Shown in pieces: positions 8,691-18,416 of a DNA stretch of 64,000 nt. Both the position numbers and the translations under genes were made by a program. The DNA is from Nitrosopumilus sp. (GTDB lineage Archaea; Thermoproteota; Nitrososphaeria; Nitrososphaerales; Nitrosopumilaceae): the NCBI GenBank assembly GCA_965224195.1, contig OZ245040.1, forward strand, positions 1,728,001 to 1,792,000, read 5' to 3'. Numbering within the stretch: the stretch's first letter is position 1; each line of letters opens with the position of its first letter. The notes under the pieces are model-generated. The model worked only from the letters and a program-made list of their open reading frames with translations. It was not told the origin of the DNA and made no database searches.

Positions 8691-9830
8691 TCATTGTATC
8701 TCAATCTCAAGGAAATCAAATTCCCTACATTCACAGGGAGTATCAAGAATAGTTGAAATTCCAGGTATAACATCATCGCCAATAACAAATCGTTTGATTG
8801 GAAGGCCTCCTTCAGCCTTGATTATTAAAGTAAACAGATTCTTTGAATTTTTCTTAAATTTCACATCAAAAATTTTCTTCTCGGAACGTTTCCCAGACTT
8901 TTCATAGACTATCACAGGACTAATTGTGAGATCTTTTAATTTTTTAAGACTTTTAGAATCAATTTGAGAATCAGTAGAAATTTTTACACTAATAACAGAA
9001 TTGAATTTAAGAGGTTTTTTTGGAGATTCATAAACTGATTTTAAATTATTGATTTTGATAGAATCAACAACAATATCAGATAATTTTACATTTCTTTTAT
9101 GAGGATTTTGTATTTTTACAAAAAATGGCCTCCCGTTTCCCAAAACCAAACTAGATTTATCCTCACCACCAATCCATGTGAATTTTGCAGTTGTACCTCC
9201 AAATTTTTGAAAAACTAGTTTAGAGATTGCACCCTCCACACTGTCATATTCTGCAATGCCATGAAAATCACAAACTCGACATCCTTTCCCAGAACAATTA
9301 TCACATGACTTTTGTTTTTGAGAAAAACCTCTCTCAGATTTTAGATATCGTCCAGAAAGAGTGATAGATTTAGAACGTAATTCGCACAATTCATCTTTAA
9401 AATTCATAGTAAGCATGACATCTGGATCAAGATGATCAATTATTTTTTTTGTCTTTTTAGAATATAGTTTTCCTATTTCGTTAGTAATGTCAGTCTTGAT
9501 GCTATCAATTCCTTTTAATTTATACTCAGATCTAATAAAATCATCTCTATCTACAATGGAGGGTTTCATCATAGCCCCAATACCAAATGTTTTAAAAGAA
9601 TAGTCAGCAGATTTATCAAGCATTTGTTTTAAAAAATGATGCAGATTTTCAAATAGATTTTTACACACATAGCATTTTTCTGTAGAGTCTTGATTTAATT
9701 TTTTACCAAGAAGTTTATTTGATGAAAGGTGTAATTGTTTTGAAAATAGTCGACCTAAACAATAATTGCATAAATTATATTTTTTGGTAATTTTATTTGC
9801 AATAGGAATAATTTGTTGATAATTAGACAT
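8691..9830 (-). CDS. pus10: tRNA pseudouridine(54/55) synthase Pus10-like
   Basis: LCNYCLGR Zn site, THUMP-like region, GGED...LGNGRPF, EGGLPIKRFV; next to srp54. Confidence 0.85.
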   Translation of the reverse strand: MSNYQQIIPIANKITKKYNLCNYCLGRLFSKQLHLSSNKLLGKKLNQDSTEKCYVCKNLFENLHHFLKQMLDKSADYSFKTFGIGAMMKPSIVDRDDFIRSEYKLKGIDSIKTDITNEIGKLYSKKTKKIIDHLDPDVMLTMNFKDELCELRSKSITLSGRYLKSERGFSQKQKSCDNCSGKGCRVCDFHGIAEYDSVEGAISKLVFQKFGGTTAKFTWIGGEDKSSLVLGNGRPFFVKIQNPHKRNVKLSDIVVDSIKINNLKSVYESPKKPLKFNSVISVKISTDSQIDSKSLKKLKDLTISPVIVYEKSGKRSEKKIFDVKFKKNSKNLFTLIIKAEGGLPIKRFVIGDDVIPGISTILDTPCECREFDFLEIEIQ

Positions 9831-9855
9831 GCTTGATTGAAATTTGTATTATTGA

Positions 9856-11184
9856 TTATCCCAATCCCATTTTTCTAAGAGTACCTTGCATCTGTCTACC
9901 CTTTGATGCTTTCATCATGTTCTTAGAATTTTTATAATTTTTAATTAATTCTTTAACTTCACCTTCAGGCCATCCTGAGCCACGAGAAATTCTTTTAACT
10001 CTAGATGAGTTTAACAATCCTTCAGGATCTGCTTTTTCTGCTTTGGTCATACTTTGAATTATGTATCGCCATTTTGTAACTTTGCCTTCCATTTGACCTA
10101 CTTGATCTCCTTTTACCATTCCAGAAAGTCCGGGCATGCTATCAAGAATTCCTTGTAATGAACCCATTTTGCTAACGTCTTCTAACTGAGAAAGAAAGTC
10201 CTCCATGTTCATTTTTCCACTAGAGATTCTTTTCATTCGTACATCATCCCCCTCATTTTCTAATCGTTTAGCCAAATCCAATACGGCCTGAATATCACCC
10301 ATGCCAAGTAGTCTTCCAACAAATCGTGTAGGAGAGAATTTTTCTAAATCATCTATTCGCTCACCAGTTCCTATGTACATTATTTGTGCACCGGTAGCAG
10401 CAGATGCTGCAAGAGCACCGCCTCCTTTTGCAGAGCTATCCAATTTAGTAATTATGACACCACCAACTGGAATTGTCTTATGGAATGCTTCAGCTTGATT
10501 GAAACATTGTTGTCCAATTGTACCATCAATTACTAGTAAAGCTAAATCAGGATCTGCTACTTTGTTAATTCTATCCATTTCTTCTAAAAGATCTTGTTCT
10601 TCCTTATGACGACCAGCTGTATCAATTAGAATTACATCTAATGTTTTCCCTGCAAAATGTTTCAGTCCATTTTTAACAATATTTGGAGAGTCTTTGTTAT
10701 TTTCTTCACCATACACTTCAACATTTGATTTTTTACACATGGTTTTCAGTTGAACTAATGCTCCGGGCCTGTAGGTATCTGCACCTACAACACCAACTTT
10801 GTATCCTTGGCCTGTTAGAAATTTAGCAAGTTTTGATGTTACAGTTGTTTTTCCACTACCTTGAATTCCAAGTAGAATAATCTTATTTTGTTTTCCAGGT
10901 TTAAAATCAAATTCAGATTCATCACCTAGTAATTTTGAGAGTTCATCATAAAGGATCTTTACAATGTGGTCCTTTCTAGAGAGTCCTGGAGGAGGGGTCT
11001 CATTTAGAGCACGCTCTTCAAGGCGTTTAGTAATTTCCAAAACAAGACGCACATTGACATCAGATTGAAGTAGTGCCCTTTGAACATCCTTTGATAATTC
11101 TTTGATTAGTTCCTCATCTATGCCTGAAGATTTTACAATTTTTTTAATTGCATCCCCTAAACTAGTCTTAAGACCATCAAGCAT
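9856..11184 (-). CDS. srp54: Signal recognition particle protein SRP54
   Basis: GIQGSGKTT, DTAGRH, TKLD, Met-rich M domain. Confidence 0.97.
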   Translation of the reverse strand: MLDGLKTSLGDAIKKIVKSSGIDEELIKELSKDVQRALLQSDVNVRLVLEITKRLEERALNETPPPGLSRKDHIVKILYDELSKLLGDESEFDFKPGKQNKIILLGIQGSGKTTVTSKLAKFLTGQGYKVGVVGADTYRPGALVQLKTMCKKSNVEVYGEENNKDSPNIVKNGLKHFAGKTLDVILIDTAGRHKEEQDLLEEMDRINKVADPDLALLVIDGTIGQQCFNQAEAFHKTIPVGGVIITKLDSSAKGGGALAASAATGAQIMYIGTGERIDDLEKFSPTRFVGRLLGMGDIQAVLDLAKRLENEGDDVRMKRISSGKMNMEDFLSQLEDVSKMGSLQGILDSMPGLSGMVKGDQVGQMEGKVTKWRYIIQSMTKAEKADPEGLLNSSRVKRISRGSGWPEGEVKELIKNYKNSKNMMKASKGRQMQGTLRKMGLG

Positions 11185-11866
11185 TGAAATTCAATCCCGC
11201 ATCCACTATTTCAAACCTTCCTCTATAGCCATCCCATTTTTTTTCAGACTGATTAATTTTGATCGAATTTGTAAAGAGAGGACAATTTGTTACAAATGTT
11301 TCAGCCTCGCCTCCTTCAAAATTTAAATTAAAACCAAATTTTTCAGACAAATGTTTCAACGAAACAATGTCAGATTTTGAAATGGTTTTTCCCAACCAAG
11401 AACCATCCAATCCATCTGAAGACACAGTAGTCATAATAAAATCAAACTCTGAATCAACTAATTCATTCATGTATTTTTCTGGATCGGTATTCCACAATGG
11501 TACAATAACTTTTAAATTTAATTTTGAACAAATATTTTCAAACTTATCTTTTTGGAATTTACTTTGTATTCCACCATGAACTAGTCCTTCAATTTGGAAT
11601 TGTTCTTTTGCATTTTGTAACAAATTTTCAATAAGGATTAATTCATTGTCAGTCTCATCTGAAGTTGAAGCAATAGTCAATTGTGGGATATTCATTGATT
11701 CTGATTGTAACTTTGTCCATTTTATGTTTGGATGATGTAACAAATGACTTTCATCAGATTTTGGAAAAATACTCAAGAGACATTTTACTTCATGTCCTTG
11801 TTTTTTAGCAACGTAAATTGCATATGCACTATCTTTTCCTCCCGAAAAAAGAGAAGCTAATTTCAT
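11177..11866 (-). CDS. dph6: Diphthine--ammonia ligase (PP-loop ATPase)
   Basis: SGGKDS, EGGEAET. Confidence 0.9.
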   Translation of the reverse strand: MKLASLFSGGKDSAYAIYVAKKQGHEVKCLLSIFPKSDESHLLHHPNIKWTKLQSESMNIPQLTIASTSDETDNELILIENLLQNAKEQFQIEGLVHGGIQSKFQKDKFENICSKLNLKVIVPLWNTDPEKYMNELVDSEFDFIMTTVSSDGLDGSWLGKTISKSDIVSLKHLSEKFGFNLNFEGGEAETFVTNCPLFTNSIKINQSEKKWDGYRGRFEIVDAGLNFNA

Positions 11867-11915
11867 TATCTAAAAATAATTTAATTCAACAAATTTTTTA
11901 AGTTTATAGAAAAAA

Positions 11916-11979
11916 GATGCTTCAATACTCATAATCGTCATCACAAAATCAGACGGCTTTTCCGATAATCATCAGCATC
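11916..11979 (-). ncRNA. Box C/D guide sRNA
   Basis: Minus strand: gatgc-TGATGA(C)-ttatcggaaaagccgt-CTGA(D')-ttttg-TGATGA(C')-cgattatgagta-TTGA(D)-agcatc, with terminal stem. Confidence 0.8.
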
Positions 11980-11980
11980 C

Positions 11981-12394
11981 TCAATCACTCTTAACGCGCA
12001 TTATTTTAGTTCTATTCATTACAACCCAGTATTCTACATTTTGACCATTTTCCAACTTACCTTTGACTTCATCATCAATCAAAGATATGTCAATAGTCTC
12101 AAAGCTTTCAGAATCCATTACTTGAATTATATCACCATTAATTGAGATAATTTGACCAACTTTTTTGTTAATCATTGGGATGTGAATTTGCATACTGACA
12201 GGTCCCACATGAGGTCTTTTTTGACCATCAAAAATTCCTTGACCAACAATTCTTGCTTTTGCTGCACCGTGTTTACCTGGTTTTGATGTATCATATTCTG
12301 TAATTTTACATGGTTCACCACTAGGTTGATCTGAGTGAGGCAATAGAATGTATGATCCAATTTTCAAAGAACCAAGATCAGAAGGTTTACTCAT
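11981..12394 (-). CDS. eif5a: Translation factor aIF5A
   Basis: SKPGKHGAAK hypusine motif. Confidence 0.97.
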   Translation of the reverse strand: MSKPSDLGSLKIGSYILLPHSDQPSGEPCKITEYDTSKPGKHGAAKARIVGQGIFDGQKRPHVGPVSMQIHIPMINKKVGQIISINGDIIQVMDSESFETIDISLIDDEVKGKLENGQNVEYWVVMNRTKIMRVKSD

Positions 12395-12521
12395 GAAAAA
12401 CAGTTTTTGGTCGAATATTTAACGCTTACACTTGGAAAGGGAATTGAAAAGATCAAAACTGAATTTAGGCATATTTTCACAGAATATTCTACTTGGTTTG
12501 TAAGGAGAATTTTTAACTTTT

Positions 12522-13133
12522 CTACTTTAGTTTGTCAAGAATTGAAAGACTCATCAAATTGGTCATTGTCATTCCTTTTCGATTAATATCTCGTCTAGTT
12601 TGATCACAATATTTCTTTACACTCTGATGACTTTTTTCGCTTGCGACTTCAATTACAACAATATTTTCAGAGTAAGGAAATGTGAATTTTGAAGCGTTTA
12701 AGCAAAATGTGTTCATGTTTCCTAATCCTGCAATCTCAATTTTATCTCTTTTTAGCAAAAGATTTGCAATTTCTTGTAAATCACCTACATCATCACCATA
12801 TTCTAAATAATATACAGAAACAAAATTTGTATCACCTTGAACTTCTCGTTTAAAGAGATCATCTTTGATGTTAAAGACAAAAGATGTTTTTTTTTGATTA
12901 TTAACTACAAGATCTTTTGAGATTTGTTCACTATCTTTGAATTTAGCTAAAATGTAATGGTTTGTAGAATCAGAAAAGTATGGCTTACTTTCACTAGAAA
13001 ATGTTCCTGTAACAAAGTACATTTGTTCAATATTTTTTGATTTTGTCCATTTATCTTTTAGTTCAACAGAATCATGATTGTGTAAATATGGAGCAAGTAC
13101 GTATCCATAATAAGAGAGTTGTAGTTTAGACAT
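12522..13133 (-). CDS. Hypothetical protein
   Basis: 203-aa ORF in core context. Confidence 0.75.
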   Translation of the reverse strand: MSKLQLSYYGYVLAPYLHNHDSVELKDKWTKSKNIEQMYFVTGTFSSESKPYFSDSTNHYILAKFKDSEQISKDLVVNNQKKTSFVFNIKDDLFKREVQGDTNFVSVYYLEYGDDVGDLQEIANLLLKRDKIEIAGLGNMNTFCLNASKFTFPYSENIVVIEVASEKSHQSVKKYCDQTRRDINRKGMTMTNLMSLSILDKLK

Positions 13134-13242
13134 AACAAATTGAAAATCTTTTCAGAGTATTTATGCGTATACAGAGCATGACGATCAAATTTGAATTTCA
13201 TCTACGATAGTTTTTTAATAGTAGAGATCTTCATTTTTTTGT

Positions 13243-13369
13243 CCCGTGGTAGCTCAGCCTGGTAGAGCTCCTGGCTGTAGTTGTTGGCTTTAGATGGCTA
13301 AACGAATAACAGCCCATCAGGCATACAGAAACCGGGTTGTCGATGGTTCAATTCCGTCCCGCGGGACCA
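13243..13369 (+). tRNA. tRNA-Tyr(GTA) with 50-nt intron (13281-13330), encoded CCA
   Basis: C1-G72 acceptor stem cccgtgg/ccgcggg, ct-GTA-g, ggttcaattcc T arm, ctgt/acag BHB-type pairing. Confidence 0.95.
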
Positions 13370-13448
13370 CAAATTTTTGATAATAATTTTAAAAATAATA
13401 AAAAGATAGACTAGTTTAAGATAAATCTTAAATTAAAAAATTTGTTGC

Positions 13449-13643
13449 CTATACTGATTTTTTGACTTGTTGTGCTGCTGGGCCTTTTTGACCTTCGCCT
13501 ACTACAAACTCGACTTTATCGCCTTCGTTGATGAATCCGTCAACATCTGATTTGTGAACAAACAGATCGTCTCCACCTTCTCTTTCAATAAAACCAAAGC
13601 CTTTTGTTCGGTTGAACCATTTTACGGTGCCTTGTTCTGACAT
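13449..13643 (-). CDS. Cold-shock protein
   Basis: GTVKWFN..KGFGFI, LFVH. Confidence 0.95.
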   Translation of the reverse strand: MSEQGTVKWFNRTKGFGFIEREGGDDLFVHKSDVDGFINEGDKVEFVVGEGQKGPAAQQVKKSV

Positions 13644-13710
13644 TATTTTGAAATAATATATTCACTATATTAACTAAAGCATCAAAATGAAATTAACTTA
13701 GTTGTGAAGA

Positions 13711-14022
13711 TTAGAAATCTTTTGGAATGTGGTTTTGATCTTTAAGCCATTCAACTTGAGGAAGGGTAAACCTCCAAACAATATCTCCACGCTCCTTTTC
13801 TTTAAAATCCCAAGGAGCAATAATTACAATATCATTATCTCTAATCCAAACTCTTCTCTTTAATTTACCTCTAATTCTTCCACGACGAGTGACATTATCA
13901 TCACATTTTATCATTACATTTTCTCCTCCCATCATTTTTAAAACACGGCCAAAAAGTTCACCCTCTTCAGGTAATCGAATTTCTTTTAATGCACTTTCAT
14001 TTTTTACTTGACGCTTTCCCAT
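13711..14022 (-). CDS. eif1a: Translation initiation factor aIF1A
   Basis: RIRGKLKRRVWIR; start placed at MGKRQV. Confidence 0.95.
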   Translation of the reverse strand: MGKRQVKNESALKEIRLPEEGELFGRVLKMMGGENVMIKCDDNVTRRGRIRGKLKRRVWIRDNDIVIIAPWDFKEKERGDIVWRFTLPQVEWLKDQNHIPKDF

Positions 14023-14102
14023 GTCAATTATTTCCATAGTCAGCATATAACTGGTAGGGTTATTGAAAGAGGAAAATTAAGCATAAGAGATTTTTATCAA
14101 GC

Positions 14103-14681
14103 ATGATAAAAAAATACATGAAATTTAGATGCATTGATGAATGCTCTCAGTGTTGTATTGAAAGAGAATACTATCCAAGTAAAAAATTTGGTAAAATAGG
14201 AGTATTGATTCTTCCAGAAGAGAAAGAAAGAATTGAAAATCTTGCAATTAAAAATAATTTAGAAATTAAAATCTTACCAAGGATAGGAATTTCTGAAAAT
14301 AAAAATACACATCCCACAAAAATTTTAGCATACCAACTAATGGGTGCTGAAAAAAATGGGAACACATGTCCATTTTTAGATACAGATAGTGGAGATAAAT
14401 CACCACATGGAGGATTCCCATGTAAGATATACAATGAAAGGCCTCTCGCATGCACGGCATATCCTTTAATCGAATCAGAACCAATCACACTAGATCAAAA
14501 ATGTAAATTCTGTAAAGAACATGGTAATGCTAATGGGAATCTAAATGCTGAAACTGAAGCGCTTTTAAAAATTAAAGAAAAAATGATTCCAGATTTACAA
14601 GTCATTTGGAGATATGCAACAAACGTTGGAGAGATAGGTGATCAAAAAATATTGGAATCAGGTTGGATTTTAGAAGAGTGA
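14103..14681 (+). CDS. YkgJ-family cysteine-cluster protein
   Basis: CxxxCSQCC, CPFL, CKIYNERPLACTAYP. Confidence 0.85.
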   Translation: MIKKYMKFRCIDECSQCCIEREYYPSKKFGKIGVLILPEEKERIENLAIKNNLEIKILPRIGISENKNTHPTKILAYQLMGAEKNGNTCPFLDTDSGDKSPHGGFPCKIYNERPLACTAYPLIESEPITLDQKCKFCKEHGNANGNLNAETEALLKIKEKMIPDLQVIWRYATNVGEIGDQKILESGWILEE

Positions 14682-14765
14682 ATATCCCAAACTTAGGAAT
14701 TAGTACAAATTCAGCCAAAAATTCAAAATGGCATTACATCTTTGGATGAATATGAGTTAAGATGC

Positions 14766-15252
14766 TTGGTCAAATTTAGACAAAGTTGATCAAAAAATTA
14801 TTGAAATTCTTAACAGTAATGCAAGGACTCCGTCAAAAGAAATTGCATCTGAATTAAAAAAATTAGGTCATGACGTTTCAGATAGAACAATCAGAAAAAG
14901 AATAGAATGTCTAGAAAAAAGTGGAATCATCAAAGGATACAAAGCAGTTCTAACAGACGTATCAGGAATTAATGAATATCAAGCTGTGTTAATGAAATTA
15001 AAGCCATCCAAATCACTTGAAGCAGTAAAAGATTCAATCAAAGATTTCATCACAAAAATGGATAATTATCTCCTCATATCAAACATGGAAGGAGAATGGA
15101 ACATGCTTGTACTATTACAAGTAAATTCAGAAAAAACAAACACATCACAAAAAATTGTAGAGAAATTTTCAGATGAGTTAATTGATTATAGAATAAATGA
15201 AATTGACATTAAAGATGTGAATATTCTCAACATGTCATTATTGTTATTGTAA
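14766..15252 (+). pseudogene. Lrp/AsnC regulator with +1 frameshift near the start
   Basis: ttg gtc aaa t tta gac aaa gtt gat: HTH LDKVDQKIIEILNSNARTPSKEIASEL is in frame with 14986..15252 but out of frame with TTG 14766. Confidence 0.75.
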
Positions 15253-15552
15253 TAAGGAATATTCTGATTCTGCAATATCTATTGCATTTTTGACCTCATC
15301 AAGAGTGAAGGGTTTTTGAATAAATGCAGAAACACCAGAACAAATAGTTTTGTTTACACGGGTAGTTGTTTTTTCATCAGCCGTGATTACTACAATTTGT
15401 AAATCAATTTTTTCATTTAATAACTTTGTAGCAACAACATCACCTTCAAGATCAGGCAATCCCATGTCAAGTAAAACTACAGGGTTTCTGTTTTCAGAAA
15501 ATAGTTTTTTGCATCCCTTCACTCCATCTTTTCCATTTTCAAAAATAGGAAT
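15244..15552 (-). pseudogene. Response-regulator receiver, N-terminus missing
   Basis: IFENGKDG...LLDMGLPD...ITAD...KPF; in-frame TAG just upstream, acidic N-terminal strand absent. Confidence 0.8.
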
Positions 15553-15681
15553 CTATTTTTCAAGACATGGGATACTGCACACCATTTCTGCCAAAGAAAT
15601 AAAAGGCCATCCTAACTTTCCAAAGTTTGTAGATGTGTTTGAAAAATTGGCTACTGTGATATTCAGCAAAAACAATGAGGA

Positions 15682-16289
15682 TTGATTGTTATATCTCATC
15701 TGCGTGGAACATATGAAAGTCTTTCAAAATACTATCTACGTGAAGCAAGAGGATGTCTAGAATCCAAATCATATAGAATGGCAATAGTATCTGCTGCAAC
15801 TTCAATACATTTGGCATCTTACTTCATTTTGTTGGCCAGAGGTAAATATCGTCAAGAAGACAGAGTTGCAAAATTCTATAACATCATACAAGAAATCAAA
15901 CAAAAAGATAAGTGGAAGCAAATTGAAGATGACATAGAGTAGTTGATGAATGCAAGAAACGCAATTGCGCATCCAGAAGAATGGGTTGTTCCGGAAACCA
16001 AGACAGACAGCACTACAGGACAAACAACTTTCACAGCAAAAGTAGAAATTGATGATCTTCCTCATATCAAAAAACAGGTTTTACTTTGTCTATGACGAAT
16101 GAATTAGGAAGTCTGTCAAAATTGGCAAAAGACGCAGTAAAAAAATCTGAAAGTATTTTGCTGAATTTTGGGTTTGCAGTAGAAACTAGTTACGTGAATA
16201 AAATGAAAGAATACTTAGAAAAAGAAATTCAAAGAATGACAGGCCAATCGGTAGATTTGGAGAATCTTCCCGAACAAAACCAAGCATAA
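15682..16289 (+). pseudogene. HEPN-domain protein with premature stop and frameshift
   Basis: Reading through TAG at 15940 gives DDIE*LMNARNAIAHPEEW (RxxxxH motif); continues into 16086..16289 after a shift. Confidence 0.7.
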
Positions 16290-16304
16290 TTTATTTGAAT
16301 GACT

Positions 16305-16730
16305 CTAATTTATCAATCCAAGTTTGAGGAAAGCTGTATTTTTGGCGCCATGAATAATCAAATCAACATAATCTAGATGTGATTGAACAAAATCTGTTTT
16401 ATTTACAACTACATATGTAATCATATCGTCAGATAATTTGATTTGTTTGTAAGCTCCTGATTTTACACCTTCCTTGATATCTAAAACATCTAGATCTTCT
16501 TTTGCTACGTCAAATACAACACTACAACAAAAATCACCAAGACTGTAAATAACATCCGCAACACCACCATTTCTATTAACAGATTTTCTAGTGAATCCAA
16601 GTTTGTAATTTTCTAAACGAAATAGTTTTGGGTTTGTGAGTTTTGGAACAGACAAATGTCTTTCCTTGCACCAATCAATCAAATTATTGTGGTCCAAGTT
16701 AGAACCATATGCAAAATATTTCATAATCAT
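16305..16730 (-). CDS. Gamma-glutamylcyclotransferase (AIG2-like) family protein, C-terminus probably frameshifted
   Basis: YFAYGSNL, LDIKEG; one extra A restores GAKKYSFPQTWIDKL. Confidence 0.8.
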   Translation of the reverse strand: MIMKYFAYGSNLDHNNLIDWCKERHLSVPKLTNPKLFRLENYKLGFTRKSVNRNGGVADVIYSLGDFCCSVVFDVAKEDLDVLDIKEGVKSGAYKQIKLSDDMITYVVVNKTDFVQSHLDYVDLIIHGAKNTAFLKLGLIN

Positions 16731-16833
16731 ATTATGTTCGAGTTTATCAAATCTTTTTCGCCTTGCTCATTGTCCTTCTTCTCATCACCATATCTTCAAA
16801 TACTTTAACAGCCTAATCCATTACGAAGATTCT

Positions 16834-17382
16834 ATGACAGAGTATTATTTGGATATTGAAACTTATTCCCCTGGCATGAGGCCAGATCCAGCTAATGATA
16901 AGATCATTACAATACAATATCAACAGGTTTCTACCGAGACAGGCGAACCCATAGGAGATTTGAAAATTCTAACCGAGTGGGAATTAGGTTCTGAAAAGGA
17001 ATTATTATCTAAATTTAAGGATGTCTTCTTGACTGAAAGTGATTTTAACTTCATCTCGATTGGAGTAAATCTTTATGAGTTTGATTTCGTAGCGTTAGCA
17101 AGTAAGTTCAACAAATATTTTGACCTTAGTTTGGGGTTACAGTTTTTCAGAGACAGGATAGCAATTGACCTAAAACCCATTTTAATAATGATGAACAATG
17201 GAAGATTGAAAGGCTATACTGATATTCTGGGCAAAAAACATTCAGGAAATGTGATCAAAGAATGGTACGAACAGAAAAAGCATGATAAGATAATTGATTA
17301 TATCAAAGATGAGGCTGAACACTTTATTGAAAAATACCAGATTTTAAAGAAAAAACTCCCTAAAATCGAATTTTCAGAATAA
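16834..17382 (+). CDS. RNase H-like / DEDD 3'-5' exonuclease
   Basis: YYLDIET, GVNLYEFD, IIDYIKDE; start moved to ATG 16834. Confidence 0.8.
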   Translation: MTEYYLDIETYSPGMRPDPANDKIITIQYQQVSTETGEPIGDLKILTEWELGSEKELLSKFKDVFLTESDFNFISIGVNLYEFDFVALASKFNKYFDLSLGLQFFRDRIAIDLKPILIMMNNGRLKGYTDILGKKHSGNVIKEWYEQKKHDKIIDYIKDEAEHFIEKYQILKKKLPKIEFSE

Positions 17383-17572
17383 CACTAGAAAAAATTCAAT
17401 TAATTCCCAAATTATGTAAAATTTGTAATTTGTACAATATTACCCAGTTCAAATCTCAACAGATTTGAATTCTTGATTTTATCAAATTTTGAAAAGTATA
17501 GTACGAGAAGTTATTATGTATTATTATTTTGGGTTCTGTCAACTTGTTAGCACATAAGTCAAAATCTTTATA

Positions 17573-17681
17573 CTGTTCAATCTCAGGAGCTTTTCAACAG
17601 GGTGTTAATCTTCTTAGCCCGATGAAAGTACCCCTCATTTGTAAGCTGTTCAATCTCAGGAGCTTTTCAACAGGGTGTTAA
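17573..17681. repeat. Two identical 36-nt direct repeats separated by a 37-nt unique spacer
   Basis: ctgttcaatctcaggagcttttcaacagggtgttaa at 17573-17608 and 17646-17681. Confidence 0.95.
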
Positions 17682-17711
17682 ATTAGAGACTTTTGCTGTT
17701 AAGTTAGGTGC

Positions 17712-18416
17712 TTAATTCAAATCAAGTGGTTGCCAGTCTGAAAAATCTACATCATCATACTCGTATTCTTCATTGTCATTGTACAACCATTCGCCATTCT
17801 CAAATACTGCAATACCGCCAAATACCTTCTTGGGCTTGTTATCTCTGATGTATCTTGATAATGCTTCAGCCTTTGGCTTGGCAATCTTAGCTGTAAATCC
17901 TGCTTTTGTATCGTAGAGACCTATTCTGCCATCATTCATACGAATAACAAAGTCAACATAAAATGCGTGAGACTCTCCAGTTTCAAGATCATCATATTTT
18001 ATGGCAAAGTATTTCCTATCATTAACCTCATTTTTGAACCACCATTTTACATTATTTTCTTCTTCAAGGAAATTCATAAATCGAATCTCATTTTGTATAT
18101 CTGTTTTGATATAAGCTGGTGACATTATGCATTTTTTGTAGTCTTTTTTGTCATAGATTTTGATATATTCTGTATTTTCTGGTATGTTCCATTTTTGAAT
18201 ATCTTCTGTTTCGCGATTGATTTTTTCAACAATATCTCGGTTAAATTGAGATTTTGATTCAGATATTGCCCTGATAAAATGATCCTTATTTTTTGTAGAC
18301 AGTGTTATGTTTGCCATATCCATAAGATCAGTTACTTTGGTATTTTTCTCAAAAAATTGGTGAATGCATCTTTTTATGACTCCATGAGAGTGTTCTTTTG
18401 CAAAAGGTTCCGTCAT
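17712..18416 (-). pseudogene. C-terminal nuclease fragment of a type III restriction (Res-like) protein
   Basis: EIRFMNFLE..VKWWFKN..FAIKY..FYVDFVI..GLYDTK..KAEAL; helicase part missing. Confidence 0.7.

Noticed and set aside
16636-16833. ORF-track N-terminal extension of the exonuclease (likewise 29262-29393 and 61777-61935)
   Set aside because: Overlaps divergent genes; the family motif starts at a downstream start codon
17532-17550. ggttctgtcaactt resembling an IS6 terminal repeat
   Set aside because: No inverted partner found in the window
17573-17681. Calling this a bona fide CRISPR array
   Set aside because: Only two repeats, no cas genes, and the repeat is part of a transposon TIR; kept as a repeat and an open finding
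18279-18410. ORF-track N-terminus of the transposase
   Set aside because: It is the antisense of the restriction-gene fragment
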